A stretch of 15,609 bases of DNA from Candidatus Tepidifontimicrobium thermophilum (GTDB taxonomy: Bacteria > Sysuimicrobiota > Sysuimicrobiia > Sysuimicrobiales > Sysuimicrobiaceae), in contig JAVKHO010000021.1 of NCBI GenBank assembly GCA_031459915.1, forward strand, positions 1 through 15,609. Reading direction: 5' to 3'. Position 1 is the first letter of the stretch, and every line of letters starts with the position of its first letter. The translations under genes were made by a program, and so were the position numbers. The notes beneath the pieces are model-generated. The model made no database searches. It saw nothing but the letters and a program-made list of their open reading frames with translations, and was not told where the DNA came from. Positions 14,667 to 15,609 of this stretch are shown piece after piece.

Positions 14667-15609
14667 GTGCGTCCCCTCCCGCTTAGCCCGCGAGCCCGGC
14701 ACGCGTTCCTCCACGACCTGGCAGGCGCGGTGCTGTTCGGGCTGTTTTCGGGTACGGTGTTGCCCTTCGCGGGCGTGGTGGCGCGGCGGCTCGGCGCGCC
14801 GCCCCTGTGGATCTCCCTGCTGGCCAGCGCCCCGGCCCTGGGGTTCTTCCTGACCGCCGGATGGGCCCCCGCCCTGGTCCCGCGCAACCCCGTAGCCCTG
14901 GTGGTGTGGCCCGCCCTGGTAGCGAGGGGACTGTTCCTCCTCACACCCTGGCTTGACGGCCCCGCGGGCCTCGTGGCCCTCGTGGTCGCCTACCACCTCC
15001 TGAACGGCCTGACGGTGCCCGCATACGCGGAGACGGTCGGGAGGGTGCTTCCGCCGGAGCTGCGGGGCAGGCTGGTGGGAATCGTGCGGGTAGGCTTCAG
15101 CGTGGCCGCCATGGCCGCGTCCCTGTCCGCGGGCCCCGCCATCGAGCAACTTGGCCACGGCCCGGTCTTTGCGGCAGCGTCCGTGTTCGGCGTCGCCGGC
15201 GCCCTGGTGTTCCGTCGCATCCGCCTGCCGCGCGGGCCCGGCCACTCCCTGGCCACCCCACCCGCTTGGTGGACCTCCCTCCGGGACCCGGCCTTCCGTG
15301 CCCTCCTGGTGACCACCTTCGTCTTCGGGTTCGGAGGGTGGATGATGGCGCCGGCTGTCCCCCTCCTCCTCGTGGACGAGCTGCACGCCACCCCGGCCCA
15401 GGTGGGTGTGCTGTCTGCCGCCTCTGCCGTTGCCTCGGTGGCGGGCTTCTTCGTGTGGGGCCGGTACGTGGACCGGCGCTCGGGTGTGGCGTCCATGCGG
15501 ACCCTGTTGACGACTGCCCTGGCCACGCCCGTGTTGTTCCTCGTCAGCTTCCACCCGTGGGTTGCCGTGCTGCCCTTTGCTGCGGACGGCTTCTTCGTGG
15601 CAGGCCTGG
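14667..15609 (+). CDS. MFS transporter, truncated by the window edge (absent from the ORF track)
   Basis: Manual translation: MRPLPLSPRARHAFLHDLAGAVLFGLFSGTVLPFAGVVARRLGA…LPPELRGRLVG…LRDPAFRALLVTTFVFGFG…VDELHATPAQVG…WGRYVDRRSG. Repeated TM segments and MFS loop motifs, no stop before the end. Confidence 0.88.
   Translation, partial: MRPLPLSPRARHAFLHDLAGAVLFGLFSGTVLPFAGVVARRLGAPPLWISLLASAPALGFFLTAGWAPALVPRNPVALVVWPALVARGLFLLTPWLDGPAGLVALVVAYHLLNGLTVPAYAETVGRVLPPELRGRLVGIVRVGFSVAAMAASLSAGPAIEQLGHGPVFAAASVFGVAGALVFRRIRLPRGPGHSLATPPAWWTSLRDPAFRALLVTTFVFGFGGWMMAPAVPLLLVDELHATPAQVGVLSAASAVASVAGFFVWGRYVDRRSGVASMRTLLTTALATPVLFLVSFHPWVAVLPFAADGFFVAGL

Noticed and set aside
219..14853. Numerous plus-strand ORFs up to about 430 aa antisense to the real genes
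   Set aside because: Shadow ORFs expected from stop-poor, high-GC codon usage. No motifs and low-complexity composition.
14480..15554. Minus-strand ORFs (318, 178, 154 aa) at the right end
   Set aside because: They are antisense shadows of the plus-strand MFS transporter, which has clear TM segments and motifs.
1..15609. CRISPR array, IS/integrase, tRNA/rRNA, tandem repeats or frameshifted pseudogenes
   Set aside because: Intergenic gaps are all under 100 nt, I saw no repeat-spacer pattern or RNA-gene signature, and all recognised genes are frame-intact.

Overview
High-GC bacterial chromosomal window with no mobile element, CRISPR array or RNA gene that I can support. Nearly everything is on the minus strand. 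In transcription order: a degenerate nucleoside-hydrolase-like gene, a degenerate YhfC/PrsW-like membrane protein, a YerC/YecD (TrpR-like, HisR) regulator, a tightly coupled histidine operon (hisZ-G-D-C-B-H-A-F-IE), a calcineurin-like metallophosphoesterase, a PduO-type cobalamin adenosyltransferase, and a carbohydrate-type ABC importer (two permeases plus a Tat-exported binding protein, no ATPase). A divergent MFS transporter missing from the ORF track runs off the right end, and a convergent gene ends at 69. Most notable: (1) a near-consensus sigma70 promoter whose predicted +1 falls on the hisZ GTG, with a tandem CTTTA-N6-TAAAG HisR-type operator inside the first hisZ codons; (2) the operon's HisD has substituted Zn/substrate ligands; (3) no known histidinol-phosphatase is present, but a metallophosphoesterase follows hisIE; (4) two apparent pseudo-enzymes are coupled to hisR. 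Family assignments rest on motif recognition from memory, not database searches.
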